NCBI GenBank assembly: GCA_048938105.1
Contig: JBHLMN010000017.1
Span: forward strand, 80,714-144,713
Reading direction: 5' to 3'
DNA from: Promethearchaeota archaeon
GTDB lineage: Archaea > Asgardarchaeota > Heimdallarchaeia > Hodarchaeales > Hodarchaeaceae
DNA: 64,000 nucleotides
Part shown: in pieces, positions 26,939-36,707 of the stretch
How positions within the stretch are numbered: the first letter of the stretch is position 1
Layout: each line of letters starts with the position of its first letter
Translations under genes and position numbers: made by a program
Notes under the pieces: model-generated
Seen by the model: only the letters and a program-made list of their open reading frames with translations
What the model was told of the DNA's origin: nothing
Database searches by the model: none

Positions 26939-28198
26939 TTATGTTAAACGTTTAAGTTTCTCTAATACTATGTAGTAGGCTTTTTTTTCTAATTCTTCAA
27001 GTAATATGCTTTTACCATTTAAGAAGAAGTCAATAATATAGGGATGAGCTGCTTGAGGAATGCTTAATTTCTTGAATTCGCTTTTATCCAACTCATAGAC
27101 ATCTTCAGGATGTTTTTCTAGAAGCCCAGCAGCTTTGTTTAATTGGTATGTTTCACCAGAAGATTTCTCTCGAATAATATTTGAGTCTACGTAGGCTGCT
27201 CTCATTAAGATTTCAACAAGTCGGAGATTATTTTCAATCCGTCCAGGGGGAATATAACGCCTAGCAGTATAGGGAAGTTTGAACTCGTGATTAAATTTGT
27301 ATGCTTTTACTTCTGGATAAATGAGATTGAATTTTTTTAATTGAAAATGATCTAATGTCCCATATTTGTTATTATTGCCGTATAACTGGCGATATTTAGA
27401 TAATAAATGAGGATAATGTTTTTGGATTGTACGAAAAAACCCATTCTTATTTCTCCCAGGTTTTAAGGTTAAAGACCACACATAAACAAACTCTGCACCA
27501 GTTTTTTTCGCTTTTTGAAATAGTAAATGCATATTTTCATCTGTATCCCCAATAAATGGTAAAGGGGGATAAAAATATACCCCTGAATGAATCCCTTCTT
27601 CTCTTAGTTTCTGAATTGCTTTAAAGCGTTCAGAGGTTGTGCTTGCGTTGGGTTCAAAAATTCTTTGAGCATCTTCGTCCGCTAATGTAATACTGAAATT
27701 TACTGCTGCATATGTTTTCTCATTTATCTTCTTAAATAAGTCTAGATCTCTCAGAACAAGTGCACTTTTTGTTAATATTTGTACAGGAACATTGTACATA
27801 TAAGCAAGGTGTAATAAGGTTCGAGTCATCTTCACCTGTTTCTCTGCAGGTTGATAAACATCGCACACCCCTCCTCCAATAAACAGGATGAAAGTTGGTT
27901 TGGGGGATCTTTTTTTTATTTTTAGATGGTCATCCAAGGTGGAACCTGATATCATTCCATGCTGTTTTAAAAATCGTTCAAGTAAGTGAGGAGCATTCCT
28001 TTTGACACGGATACGATTACCAAAGTCCTCATGCATGTGGTATACTTCAGATTTACCATCACAATACTGACAATCGTGATAGCATCCTTGATAAGGATTT
28101 AGATAGTATTCCGTCCAAGAGAAAAGTGAAGGCGAACTTTTACGCATCAGAGTCTTGGCATTATACTCTTCTACTATCATTGGGTACTCACGTGTCAT
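26939..28198 (-). CDS. Radical SAM protein, spore-photoproduct-lyase-like family
   Basis: LNPYQGCYHDCQYC (CxxxCxxC), DVYQPAE, ILTKSALVLRDLD, FEPNASTTSERF. Confidence 0.85.
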   Translation of the reverse strand: MTREYPMIVEEYNAKTLMRKSSPSLFSWTEYYLNPYQGCYHDCQYCDGKSEVYHMHEDFGNRIRVKRNAPHLLERFLKQHGMISGSTLDDHLKIKKRSPKPTFILFIGGGVCDVYQPAEKQVKMTRTLLHLAYMYNVPVQILTKSALVLRDLDLFKKINEKTYAAVNFSITLADEDAQRIFEPNASTTSERFKAIQKLREEGIHSGVYFYPPLPFIGDTDENMHLLFQKAKKTGAEFVYVWSLTLKPGRNKNGFFRTIQKHYPHLLSKYRQLYGNNNKYGTLDHFQLKKFNLIYPEVKAYKFNHEFKLPYTARRYIPPGRIENNLRLVEILMRAAYVDSNIIREKSSGETYQLNKAAGLLEKHPEDVYELDKSEFKKLSIPQAAHPYIIDFFLNGKSILLEELEKKAYYIVLEKLKRLT

Positions 28199-28294
28199 TT
28201 AAGAATAGCTAAATTGAATAAAGAATCTCTTGTTTTAATAATTTGATCCCTGATTAGCCATTATTTTCTTCCTGATTTTATTGGGATTAAGTAA

Positions 28295-28990
28295 TTATAA
28301 CCCTGAGATTTCTTTTTTGAGGAGAATGAAAACTTCATTGAAATGTTCCTTATATTTAGGATTAATTTCATTAATCATTTTAAGAAAATCGTACAGTACT
28401 CCCATATCTAACTTTTCTTTCGCAATTATGTCTTCATGATCTACTAACCAGTTACCTAATACCTTGTAATATTGCTGTTTAGTTTCTAATAGTTTTTGTG
28501 GTAAATTTGAATAATCCTTAGGAAGAGATAATTCTAAAATATTAGCAAATTTTTGAAATTCATTGAATCGTTTAGTATAACTTTCGAAACTAATTTTTTC
28601 ACTCCCAACGAAAAGATTTCGTGCCACACGTCCAAAATACTTAACTTTATTGCGTCCATGAGGCCCTTTCTGCAACGTAGCTACAACTTTGATTAATCCA
28701 ATTTCTTGGAGAGTATCTAAGTGAAAATAAAGATTCGTCGAACTCATAACAATTTCTTTTCTTTTCTCTAATAATTCTTTGATTTCAATCACATTAAGCG
28801 CATGTCGCATCACAGATCTTCCATCTGGAGACATCTCTTCTATTCCTTCTCTTAATAGCTTAACAATTTCACTTTTCACTGGATGGGAATAGTATTTATC
28901 TTTAGGAACGTCTATATATGCGAAGGAGGGGATCTTATCCCAATGATCAAATAGTAGCTGATGCTTGTTAGTCATTTTAGGATCACTCAT
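28295..28990 (-). CDS. ArsR-like winged-helix transcriptional regulator
   Basis: HPVKSEIVKLL...NLYFHLDTLQEIGLIKVV...KYFGR wHTH pattern; divergent from the AKR cluster. Confidence 0.7.
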   Translation of the reverse strand: MSDPKMTNKHQLLFDHWDKIPSFAYIDVPKDKYYSHPVKSEIVKLLREGIEEMSPDGRSVMRHALNVIEIKELLEKRKEIVMSSTNLYFHLDTLQEIGLIKVVATLQKGPHGRNKVKYFGRVARNLFVGSEKISFESYTKRFNEFQKFANILELSLPKDYSNLPQKLLETKQQYYKVLGNWLVDHEDIIAKEKLDMGVLYDFLKMINEINPKYKEHFNEVFILLKKEISGL

Positions 28991-29060
28991 AAATTATTTC
29001 ATTCTTTAATATATGGAAGGCTTATTATTGGTTTTTTATACTCTTCAGTTAGCCACATTC

Positions 29061-29140
29061 GAAAACTATATATCAGATTTTACGTTTCAAATTGAACTTG
29101 AAATAAATTTCTAAACGCTTCAAGAAGGGCTTGAAACGTT
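29061..29140 (+). promoter_or_regulatory. Putative BRE/TATA promoter followed by two TTCAA-N7-TTGAA operators
   Basis: GAAAACTATATAT at 29061-29073; TTCAAattgaacTTGAA at 29086-29102 and TTCAAgaagggcTTGAA at 29119-29135. Confidence 0.65.
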
Positions 29141-29179
29141 CCATTTTACTTTAGAATCAGCTAGGGAAGATAATCAAGA

Positions 29180-30208
29180 ATGAAATTATACACAAGAAAA
29201 TTGGGTAAGAGTAATATCAAAGTTAGTGCAATGGGAATGGGTTGTTTTGCGATTGGAGGACCTTTTAAGAATGAGGATGGTCGTCTTTTTGCCTATGGAA
29301 ATGTAAATGATCAAGAATCAATAGAAACAATACATAAGGCTTTGGAAATTGGAGTGAACATATTTGACACTGCCGAGGCTTATGGACAAGGTCATAGTGA
29401 AGAAGTGCTAGGCCTGGCTTTAAAAGGTAGGAGAGACGACGTTGTCATCGCAACTAAATTCAGGAGTGTATATGACCCAAAAAAGCAAACAAATGTTGAT
29501 AAAAAAATTATTCTAGATAAATTGCAAGATTCTGTTAATAAAAGCCTGAACAGATTACAAACAGATTACATAGATATTTATCAGTTACATAATTCTCGTC
29601 AAGATCCTTCAAGTGCTTTATTAATCAGGGATTGTCTAGAAGAATTAGTAGATGAAGGAAAAATTCGTTATTATGGTTGGAGTACAGATGATCCCAATCG
29701 AGCAAAAGAGTTTGCTAAAGAAAAGCATTGTGTGGCATTACAGTATGTTTTAACGCTTACTCGGATAAATACACCGATAGCAGAATTGTGTGAAGAAAAT
29801 AACTTGGCAGGGATTATTCGGAGCCCCTTCGCAAGTGGAACTTTAACAGGAAAATACACCAGAGACACTAAGCGTAGTTCAGATCATATGTTATCAGAAG
29901 TTGATTTTAACACTAAGCGTTATATTAAAACATTCCAGGCTTTAGACCAGTTGAAAGAGTTATTAACGGAACATGGTCGGACTTTAGTTCAAGGAATTCT
30001 TGGATTTATTTGGACGAAGAATGATCGTGCTATTCCTATTCCAGGAGCAAAAACAGTTGACCAAATAACTGAAAACGCGAAGTCTCTGGAATTAGGCCCC
30101 ATTTCACAGCAATTAATGAGTGAAATTGATTCAATATTCTCAGATTTGCAGCTAGATTTCTCTTATGATAATTTTACTTACTATAAAGAAAATAAAAAGG
30201 ACAGATAA
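29180..30208 (+). CDS. Aldo/keto reductase
   Basis: RKLGKSNIKVSAMGMG, FDTAEAYG, ATKF, SLNRLQTDYIDIYQLH, PIPGAK. Confidence 0.93.
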   Translation: MKLYTRKLGKSNIKVSAMGMGCFAIGGPFKNEDGRLFAYGNVNDQESIETIHKALEIGVNIFDTAEAYGQGHSEEVLGLALKGRRDDVVIATKFRSVYDPKKQTNVDKKIILDKLQDSVNKSLNRLQTDYIDIYQLHNSRQDPSSALLIRDCLEELVDEGKIRYYGWSTDDPNRAKEFAKEKHCVALQYVLTLTRINTPIAELCEENNLAGIIRSPFASGTLTGKYTRDTKRSSDHMLSEVDFNTKRYIKTFQALDQLKELLTEHGRTLVQGILGFIWTKNDRAIPIPGAKTVDQITENAKSLELGPISQQLMSEIDSIFSDLQLDFSYDNFTYYKENKKDR

Positions 30209-30211
30209 TCC

Positions 30212-31294
30212 ATGAAATTTCGAAAATTAGGAAAAAGCGGAATGCATGTTTCTCTCATTAGTTTTGGGACAATGGCGTATGGAGGAGCACAATATAAATT
30301 CACAGAAAATCCAATTTCTAAAGAAGATGCCTTAAGATGTCTTGAAAAAGCAAGTGACTTAGAGATTAACTATATAGATTGTGCTGATATCTATGGGGCT
30401 TATGGTCAAGCTGAAAATATCATTGGGGAGTTCATTCAAGAACATGCTCGCTCAAACTTTGTAATCAGTAGTAAGGTCATGTTTCCAATGAGTACAAATG
30501 TTAATGATCGAGGACTTAGTAAAAAACACATCTATGAATCAATAAATAATACATTAAAACGTCTTAAAACTGATTATCTCGATGTATATTACTGTCATAG
30601 GTATGATTTTGCTACCCCACTGGAAGAAACTATAACTGCAATGAATAATTTGATCGATCAAGGTAAAATACTCCATTGGGCAACGTCAAACTGGAGAGCA
30701 GTTCAATTAGAACGTACTTTTGGTATTACATCAAGATTAGGATTAGAACCTCCTGTATGTGATCAAACTAAGTATAATATGTTTCAGAGATATGCGGTAG
30801 AAATTGAATTACCTTATACAGCTGATCACTACGGTTTAGGTGTTGTTGCTTACAGAATATTAGCTGAAGGATTGTTAACAGAAAAATATAAACTTTTAAA
30901 ACTTGAAAAACTTTCCAAAGAAGATGAAAGACATTTTTCTGGTTATTTGGAGAACGACCCTCTGATTATCGAGAAAATCAACCAATTACTTGAAGTAGCA
31001 GATGAGCTAGAAATTACACTTCCGCAACTTGTATTTGCCTGGAGTTTGCAGATTCCTTATATCGACACTGTATTAATGAGTACAAGGAATCCTGATCGAA
31101 TTGAGGAAAATGTTCAGGCAATTAGTATTAAATTGAAACCAGATATTTGCGAGAAAATAGAATTGATTTTGAACAATCGGCCTATGCCGATTAGAAGAGG
31201 GATTACTGAATCATTTGTTGATTTCAATAATTTTATTCTTCAAAATCCCAAAGCAAAAATTGGGAAATTCCCTCCAGATCCACAGACATTTTAA
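30212..31294 (+). CDS. Aldo/keto reductase (Kv-beta/AKR6-like)
   Basis: DCADIYG, ISSKV, GLSKKHI, LKRLKTDYLDVYYCHR. Confidence 0.92.
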   Translation: MKFRKLGKSGMHVSLISFGTMAYGGAQYKFTENPISKEDALRCLEKASDLEINYIDCADIYGAYGQAENIIGEFIQEHARSNFVISSKVMFPMSTNVNDRGLSKKHIYESINNTLKRLKTDYLDVYYCHRYDFATPLEETITAMNNLIDQGKILHWATSNWRAVQLERTFGITSRLGLEPPVCDQTKYNMFQRYAVEIELPYTADHYGLGVVAYRILAEGLLTEKYKLLKLEKLSKEDERHFSGYLENDPLIIEKINQLLEVADELEITLPQLVFAWSLQIPYIDTVLMSTRNPDRIEENVQAISIKLKPDICEKIELILNNRPMPIRRGITESFVDFNNFILQNPKAKIGKFPPDPQTF

Positions 31295-31316
31295 TCGTCA
31301 TAAAAGAGGTTTTCAA

Positions 31317-32318
31317 ATGAAATACAGAAAAATGGGAAAACATGGAATGAAACTCTCAGAAATTAGTATTGGAACTATGTATTATGGTTCATATATCAAA
31401 AAGGAAGCTGCATTAGCGTGCTTAATGGAAGCCTTGAATCAAGGAATTAACTTCATCGATTGTGCTGATAGATATGGTATCGATGATTCTGAACTTCCAA
31501 TAGATCAACGAATACGTGCAGAAGTCATCCTTTGTGAATTTCTACAGGATCAAGACCGCGATGACTTAGTAATCAGCAGCAAAGTCTTCAAACAATTACG
31601 TGAAAGTCCAAATAGTGGAGGCTTATCACGTAAACATATTAGAGAATCAATTAGAGACTCGTTGAAATATCTTCAAACCAATTATCTGGATATTTATTAT
31701 TGTCATAGACCAGATCGTGAAACTCCTTTAGCAGAAACAATTAGAACTATGACTAATCTAATCGAAGAAGGACTTGTACATTATTGGGGAACCAGTTGGT
31801 GGCCTCCATTTCTTGTAGAAAGAACTATAGGAATCGCTAAAGAGCATGGATTAATACCTCCCGCTGTTGAAGAACCACCTTATCATATAAATGCACGTTT
31901 TATTGAAGTAGAGCTCTTTGATGTTGCAAACTACCATGGGTTAGGAATTACAGCTTTTGAAGCTTTGGCTGGAGGATTTTATACTGGAAAATATGTTGAT
32001 GGAATACCAGAAGAAAGTCGTTTCTCTATTGACCTTATTAGGGAAGGAATACCACCAGGGTTGTTTGAAAAACGTAGACCACAAATATTAAAGCTTATAG
32101 AAGTAGCAAACTCTCTTGAGATACCTTTGAGTCAGTTAGCGTTAGCATGGGTCTTACGTAATCCCGAAATTTCATCAACTATTATGGGTGCTTCGAAACC
32201 TGAACAAGTAAGTGAGAATGCGGGAGCATGCGATGTAAGCTTAGATGAAGAGACATTAGAGAAGATAGAAGAAATATTAGATAACAAACCGACAACACCT
32301 TTTAGACAATGGGGTTGA
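31317..32318 (+). CDS. Aldo/keto reductase (Kv-beta/AKR6-like)
   Basis: Start reassigned to ATG 31317 (MKYRKMGK, GAGG RBS); DCADRYG, GLSRKHI, YYCHRPD, QLALAWVL. Confidence 0.92.
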   Translation: MKYRKMGKHGMKLSEISIGTMYYGSYIKKEAALACLMEALNQGINFIDCADRYGIDDSELPIDQRIRAEVILCEFLQDQDRDDLVISSKVFKQLRESPNSGGLSRKHIRESIRDSLKYLQTNYLDIYYCHRPDRETPLAETIRTMTNLIEEGLVHYWGTSWWPPFLVERTIGIAKEHGLIPPAVEEPPYHINARFIEVELFDVANYHGLGITAFEALAGGFYTGKYVDGIPEESRFSIDLIREGIPPGLFEKRRPQILKLIEVANSLEIPLSQLALAWVLRNPEISSTIMGASKPEQVSENAGACDVSLDEETLEKIEEILDNKPTTPFRQWG

Positions 32319-32357
32319 CAAGAAAGAGGAAACTAATTCAAGACGTTCAGTTGGGGT

Positions 32358-32732
32358 ATGACCATGCTTGAAATTGCTATGAATCAAATTAATGTTACTA
32401 ATCTCGAGGAAGCAATTACTTGGTATACAGAAGTATTAGGATTTAAACTCTCAAAAGAACATTACTACCCTCCTCAAGCTGTGGATTTAATCCAAAAAGG
32501 GGGAATTCGATTACTTTTGTATAAAGTACAAAAACATACTGTGATTGATTACCCAAATCAAGCTCAATCTCTAATAATATTTAGAACAGATGATCTAAGA
32601 AAACTGAAGAAAGAGTTAACAGAAAAAGGAGTCGAATTCCTCTATTCTGAGGCAAAAGAATTTCCTGCAGGTATTTTTAATGCCTTTAAAGATCCATATG
32701 GTAATGTTCATGAGATCGTCCAAATTCACTAG
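32358..32732 (+). CDS. VOC/glyoxalase-family protein
   Basis: INVTNLEEAITWYTEVLGF and FKDPYGNVHEIVQ. Confidence 0.88.
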   Translation: MTMLEIAMNQINVTNLEEAITWYTEVLGFKLSKEHYYPPQAVDLIQKGGIRLLLYKVQKHTVIDYPNQAQSLIIFRTDDLRKLKKELTEKGVEFLYSEAKEFPAGIFNAFKDPYGNVHEIVQIH

Positions 32733-32914
32733 GCTTTTTGTAAACTGATCCCATTCTTTAAACCCGTCCTTCAGATCCCTTTTATTTACCCCATCAAATC
32801 AAATAAATCCATTACCTCATGATATTATCTCCAGGGAATCTGTTACCGATAATTCACAGGTTTTCATCAAACAATTCTGAATAATAGCAAAAATCAAGAG
32901 AATATTGATGGTAT

Positions 32915-34129
32915 ATGAAAAGAAATAACATTTTAATCTATTTAGCGACAGCCTTTCTTGCTCTTGGCCAGTCCTTCTCCCGAGGTAATTTTCCCTCTTA
33001 TGTTGAAGTCTTAGGGGGAACTATAGTCAATTATGGTTTCATTCAATCAATCCAAACATTCTCTAATTTATTATTTCTTTTTCCAGCAGCTTTACTATCA
33101 GATAAATTGGGTCACAAACGATTAGTTTTAAGTGGGACTGTAATCTACGCTTTATCATATTTCATTATTGCATTCACCCCACCCCCACATTGGGAATATT
33201 TGTTGTTGGGAGGTTTTGGAATAGGACTTGGGCAAGGAATGATTATGCCGTCTCAAGTAGCAATTCTGGCTCATAATAATCCGACCGATAGGATTAATGT
33301 ATTCACAAGGAATGAGACAATGAGATGGGGAACCCTAGCTTTAGGATATTTTTTATCATCTTTCTTCTTTATTCTTTTTGAAAATAAATTTTCATACGAA
33401 AACCTCCAACTAACAATTGTTGTCACCTTATTAGTTGTAACAGCTGCAATAATCCCTTCTTTTTTACTTGTGAATGCTGAAGAGTGGAGGAATAATGTTG
33501 AATCTCAACCAAAGGCTAATATAAAAATGATGTTAAGTAGTCCTGAAGGAACGTATATTATTGGTTTTCTTGGTTTTTCTCTTATAGTTGGATTTGGTGC
33601 AGGCTTCTTAGTACCTTTTGCTCAACCATATTTTGTCAAACGATTTTCCCTTGGACCTTCTGAGATCAATATTATTATGGGTACAGCTCAAATTCTTACT
33701 GCACTTTTTATGGGTAGTATTCCATTTTTGTCTTTTAGATTGGGTAGTAATGCTAGAGTGATTTATTTAACACAAGGGACATCTATTCCATTAATACTGA
33801 TTTTAGCATATAGTACAAATCTCCCATTATCGATTTTTGCCTTTCTGTTTCGAATTGTACTCATGAACATGAGTACACCAGCACAGACTACTATTGTGCA
33901 AGAATATGTTCCTGAAGCTTTTCGGGCAAGGATTCAATCACTAATGCGAATCACAGATCGACTTGGCCGGAGTTTTAGCCCTTCAATAAGTGCTATAATG
34001 ATTGAAGAGACAAATGATTTTTATCTATCTTTTACATTCACAGCAATATTATATTCAACAGCAGTATCAACCCTTTTCTTAATAACAAGAAATTTAAAGA
34101 GAAAATTGACAGTCAAAACAAATTTCTAG
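32915..34129 (+). CDS. MFS transporter
   Basis: LLSDKLGHKR motif A; about 12 TM segments. Confidence 0.87.
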   Translation: MKRNNILIYLATAFLALGQSFSRGNFPSYVEVLGGTIVNYGFIQSIQTFSNLLFLFPAALLSDKLGHKRLVLSGTVIYALSYFIIAFTPPPHWEYLLLGGFGIGLGQGMIMPSQVAILAHNNPTDRINVFTRNETMRWGTLALGYFLSSFFFILFENKFSYENLQLTIVVTLLVVTAAIIPSFLLVNAEEWRNNVESQPKANIKMMLSSPEGTYIIGFLGFSLIVGFGAGFLVPFAQPYFVKRFSLGPSEINIIMGTAQILTALFMGSIPFLSFRLGSNARVIYLTQGTSIPLILILAYSTNLPLSIFAFLFRIVLMNMSTPAQTTIVQEYVPEAFRARIQSLMRITDRLGRSFSPSISAIMIEETNDFYLSFTFTAILYSTAVSTLFLITRNLKRKLTVKTNF

Positions 34130-34179
34130 AGTTCAGAGATTTTTGTGGACTACTCAATCAGATGTGAGAAATACCTATG

Positions 34180-35550
34180 TCATCTGAGACTTATTTTCCA
34201 AATTGTACGTTTATTTTTCTCTTCAATCATTTCAGGTTCATCTAATGTAAGAGTTTTCAACATACCTATCAAAAATCCTTTTGTAATTAAATTTGAGATT
34301 TCTTTAGGAAATCTTTCATCAGACCAATCTTTAAGAGTAACTATTATAGAATCTTCTTTCTGAATAACATTAGGTGAGTCTTGTTTTTCTATAGTTTCTG
34401 GTACAGAATATGTACCAATTAAGGATTCAATCCATGCGTTCTGCAAAAAATAAGAATACTCTTTTCCATACCTTACTGATCTTTCAACAAGATCAGCTTT
34501 TGATTCAGCAAGTACTCTGGGATAAAAAATTAAATAAGAAAAATCATCAGCGATTAATCTAATTTGTTTCTCAAAATAATTTGTAAAATCTTCAAATAAT
34601 CTTTTTAGAACCATAGAGGGAAGAGAGAAAAAGAAAGCCTTAGAAAGGGCAATATTACTACTATCATCATTAATTGTAGTAAAATAGAATATTCCTTTGT
34701 CAAAATAATCAACGAAGTACTTTAAGCAAATATTGACATTTTCAACTAAATTAGCTCTTTTCTCGACGTCAAATTTATGAAGAAATATTGATAAACGAGG
34801 CGGGGGATCATTAACACGTGAAGCAATTTCCCAAATATCTGTTAAGTAGTCTCTTGCTATTTGAAATAGCTCTCGATTTTGGATATCAATTACAAACACG
34901 ATTGCTGCAATTCCTTTCCAACTTATGTCTCGTGAAATATACTCTTGACGAAAATTAGATTGTCCCCCAAAATCCTTTACTAAGAGCTTCTGTCGTAAAA
35001 AGTCCTCGAATTTAAGAGATGTCTCTATGCCTATAGTAGGTTTAATGTCTTTAATTTCTTCAGCTGACCATCTATCAAAAAAAACATTTTTGATAGAAGT
35101 TTTACCAGCCAGAGCGAGGCCTACTAGTGCGACTTTTGAAGGAGGAGGAGCTTTTGAGATTCTTTTCGACTTCATATAGAATTTCTCTATAATCCGAACC
35201 AAATTTAACTGAAAAATCTTTTTCGTTTCATCTATTTCATTCTCTGCGAGAATTTGAGATGTTTCTAACGCTAATTCTTTAGTAAATGGTTCTATTGATT
35301 GAAATGTCACTGATTCATCAAAAAGAAGACGAATGTGGAATTTTTTAAAAGGAATGAAAAATAGACATTTGTTTGAGAACATTATATGTTGGATCTTAGA
35401 TTTATTCTCGTTTCCCTTAGACATATTCTCAAGTGCATTAAATAAAATAGAAATATAATGGAAATTGACATACTCTTTTGAAGAGGGTTTATTTTCGTAT
35501 CTGAATAATTCCACTTTATCAAAGTTATTAATTGTTGCCAGTCGAAGCAT
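34180..35550 (-). CDS. Rag/Gtr1-like GTPase fused to N-terminal longin-like and C-terminal V4R-like domains
   Basis: GLALAGKTS, PTIG, DFGGQ, Rag-type G4 HKFD and G5 TTIND. The flanking-domain calls are weaker than the GTPase call. Confidence 0.78.
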   Translation of the reverse strand: MLRLATINNFDKVELFRYENKPSSKEYVNFHYISILFNALENMSKGNENKSKIQHIMFSNKCLFFIPFKKFHIRLLFDESVTFQSIEPFTKELALETSQILAENEIDETKKIFQLNLVRIIEKFYMKSKRISKAPPPSKVALVGLALAGKTSIKNVFFDRWSAEEIKDIKPTIGIETSLKFEDFLRQKLLVKDFGGQSNFRQEYISRDISWKGIAAIVFVIDIQNRELFQIARDYLTDIWEIASRVNDPPPRLSIFLHKFDVEKRANLVENVNICLKYFVDYFDKGIFYFTTINDDSSNIALSKAFFFSLPSMVLKRLFEDFTNYFEKQIRLIADDFSYLIFYPRVLAESKADLVERSVRYGKEYSYFLQNAWIESLIGTYSVPETIEKQDSPNVIQKEDSIIVTLKDWSDERFPKEISNLITKGFLIGMLKTLTLDEPEMIEEKNKRTIWKISLR

Positions 35551-35745
35551 TCTAGAATCACTATTCCAGTCAAAGAATAAAATGCGATTTTACTCCATAA
35601 CCTAAACCTAGTATCACTAGTATAATGCTGCAATAATTTAAATATTAGCATTTATTTGACATTATTTTTCATATAGATTTTATATTATCTCTTTTCAATG
35701 AAGTTAAAGATGCTAACATCTAGATATCGCTAATATTACACATTT

Positions 35746-36327
35746 TCATTTAATTGTATTTAGAATCGCAGAGATCTTAATCCAATAGTTCTTAAGATCT
35801 GGATGTTTTCCATTCTTGATTTGGCTAGATATTTGTTTCAATATATTCCTTAGCTCTAATGAATCTGAACAACTAATTTTAGGGGAAATCAGAGCAATTA
35901 AGTATTTACATTGGCCTCCTCTTATTTCATCATCTTCAAAAAAGTCAAAAAAAATGAAACTATCGTGTTGGACATATTCTATTCTCAACAAGAGATCTTG
36001 AGGAGCAATAGCGTCCGCATAACCATAAATAGCGACTGATGCTTGGAATAAATAATTTCCAATTGTTTCTATAGGAATAAAAGAAATGTCCAATAAATGG
36101 GGGGGATAATTATCTTGAAGTGTCGGACCACTTTCTTCATCCCAGATTATCCAGAATAAAATTTGAGAATCTGTTTTATGTGATGAGAGAAATGAATTGT
36201 AACAACTTTGTGTCTCCTTATCAACGTTTTTAGCTTCTAAATGTGAATTATTCAACTTAGTAAATCTGCTAATATAAGATTTAAAGGTGGAAATGAGTCT
36301 TTTCAAGAAACTAACACCTTTATCCAT
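35746..36327 (-). CDS. uDENN/longin-domain protein (folliculin/SMCR8/NPRL2-like N-terminus)
   Basis: WIIWDEESGPTLQDNYP and FEDDEIRGGQCKYLIALI match uDENN motifs. Confidence 0.62.
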   Translation of the reverse strand: MDKGVSFLKRLISTFKSYISRFTKLNNSHLEAKNVDKETQSCYNSFLSSHKTDSQILFWIIWDEESGPTLQDNYPPHLLDISFIPIETIGNYLFQASVAIYGYADAIAPQDLLLRIEYVQHDSFIFFDFFEDDEIRGGQCKYLIALISPKISCSDSLELRNILKQISSQIKNGKHPDLKNYWIKISAILNTIK

Positions 36328-36707
36328 TGATTAACATGTTTTGATTAATTTTATTCCTTACTATATCTTCATAAAAGGAGAATAACATCTTTCTCTCATA
36401 TATCTCTATATAAATATTCAATTCAAAGATTCGGAAGCCTGTCGAAGTACATATCTTAGTCATACATTTTAAACATAATTAAATAAATCATTATAATTCG
36501 TCTTGTCAATCTTTTATAATTGATCTCGAGACAGTAGTATAGATAAAAGTAAAAAATGTATGAATCTATGAGATTAAGAATCTTATAAGAACATGTCATA
36601 ATATCACATTCACATATATATCATAATTTGCTATAATTTTATCCTTTCTCTCATTAGAATGGAAATTAAGGAAAAATTCACAATTGAATTAAAATAGATG
36701 AAATATA

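Noticed and set aside
31215-31316. N-terminal extension of the third AKR in the ORF track
   Set aside because: It overlaps the previous gene; ATG 31317 has an RBS and matches the family N-terminus.
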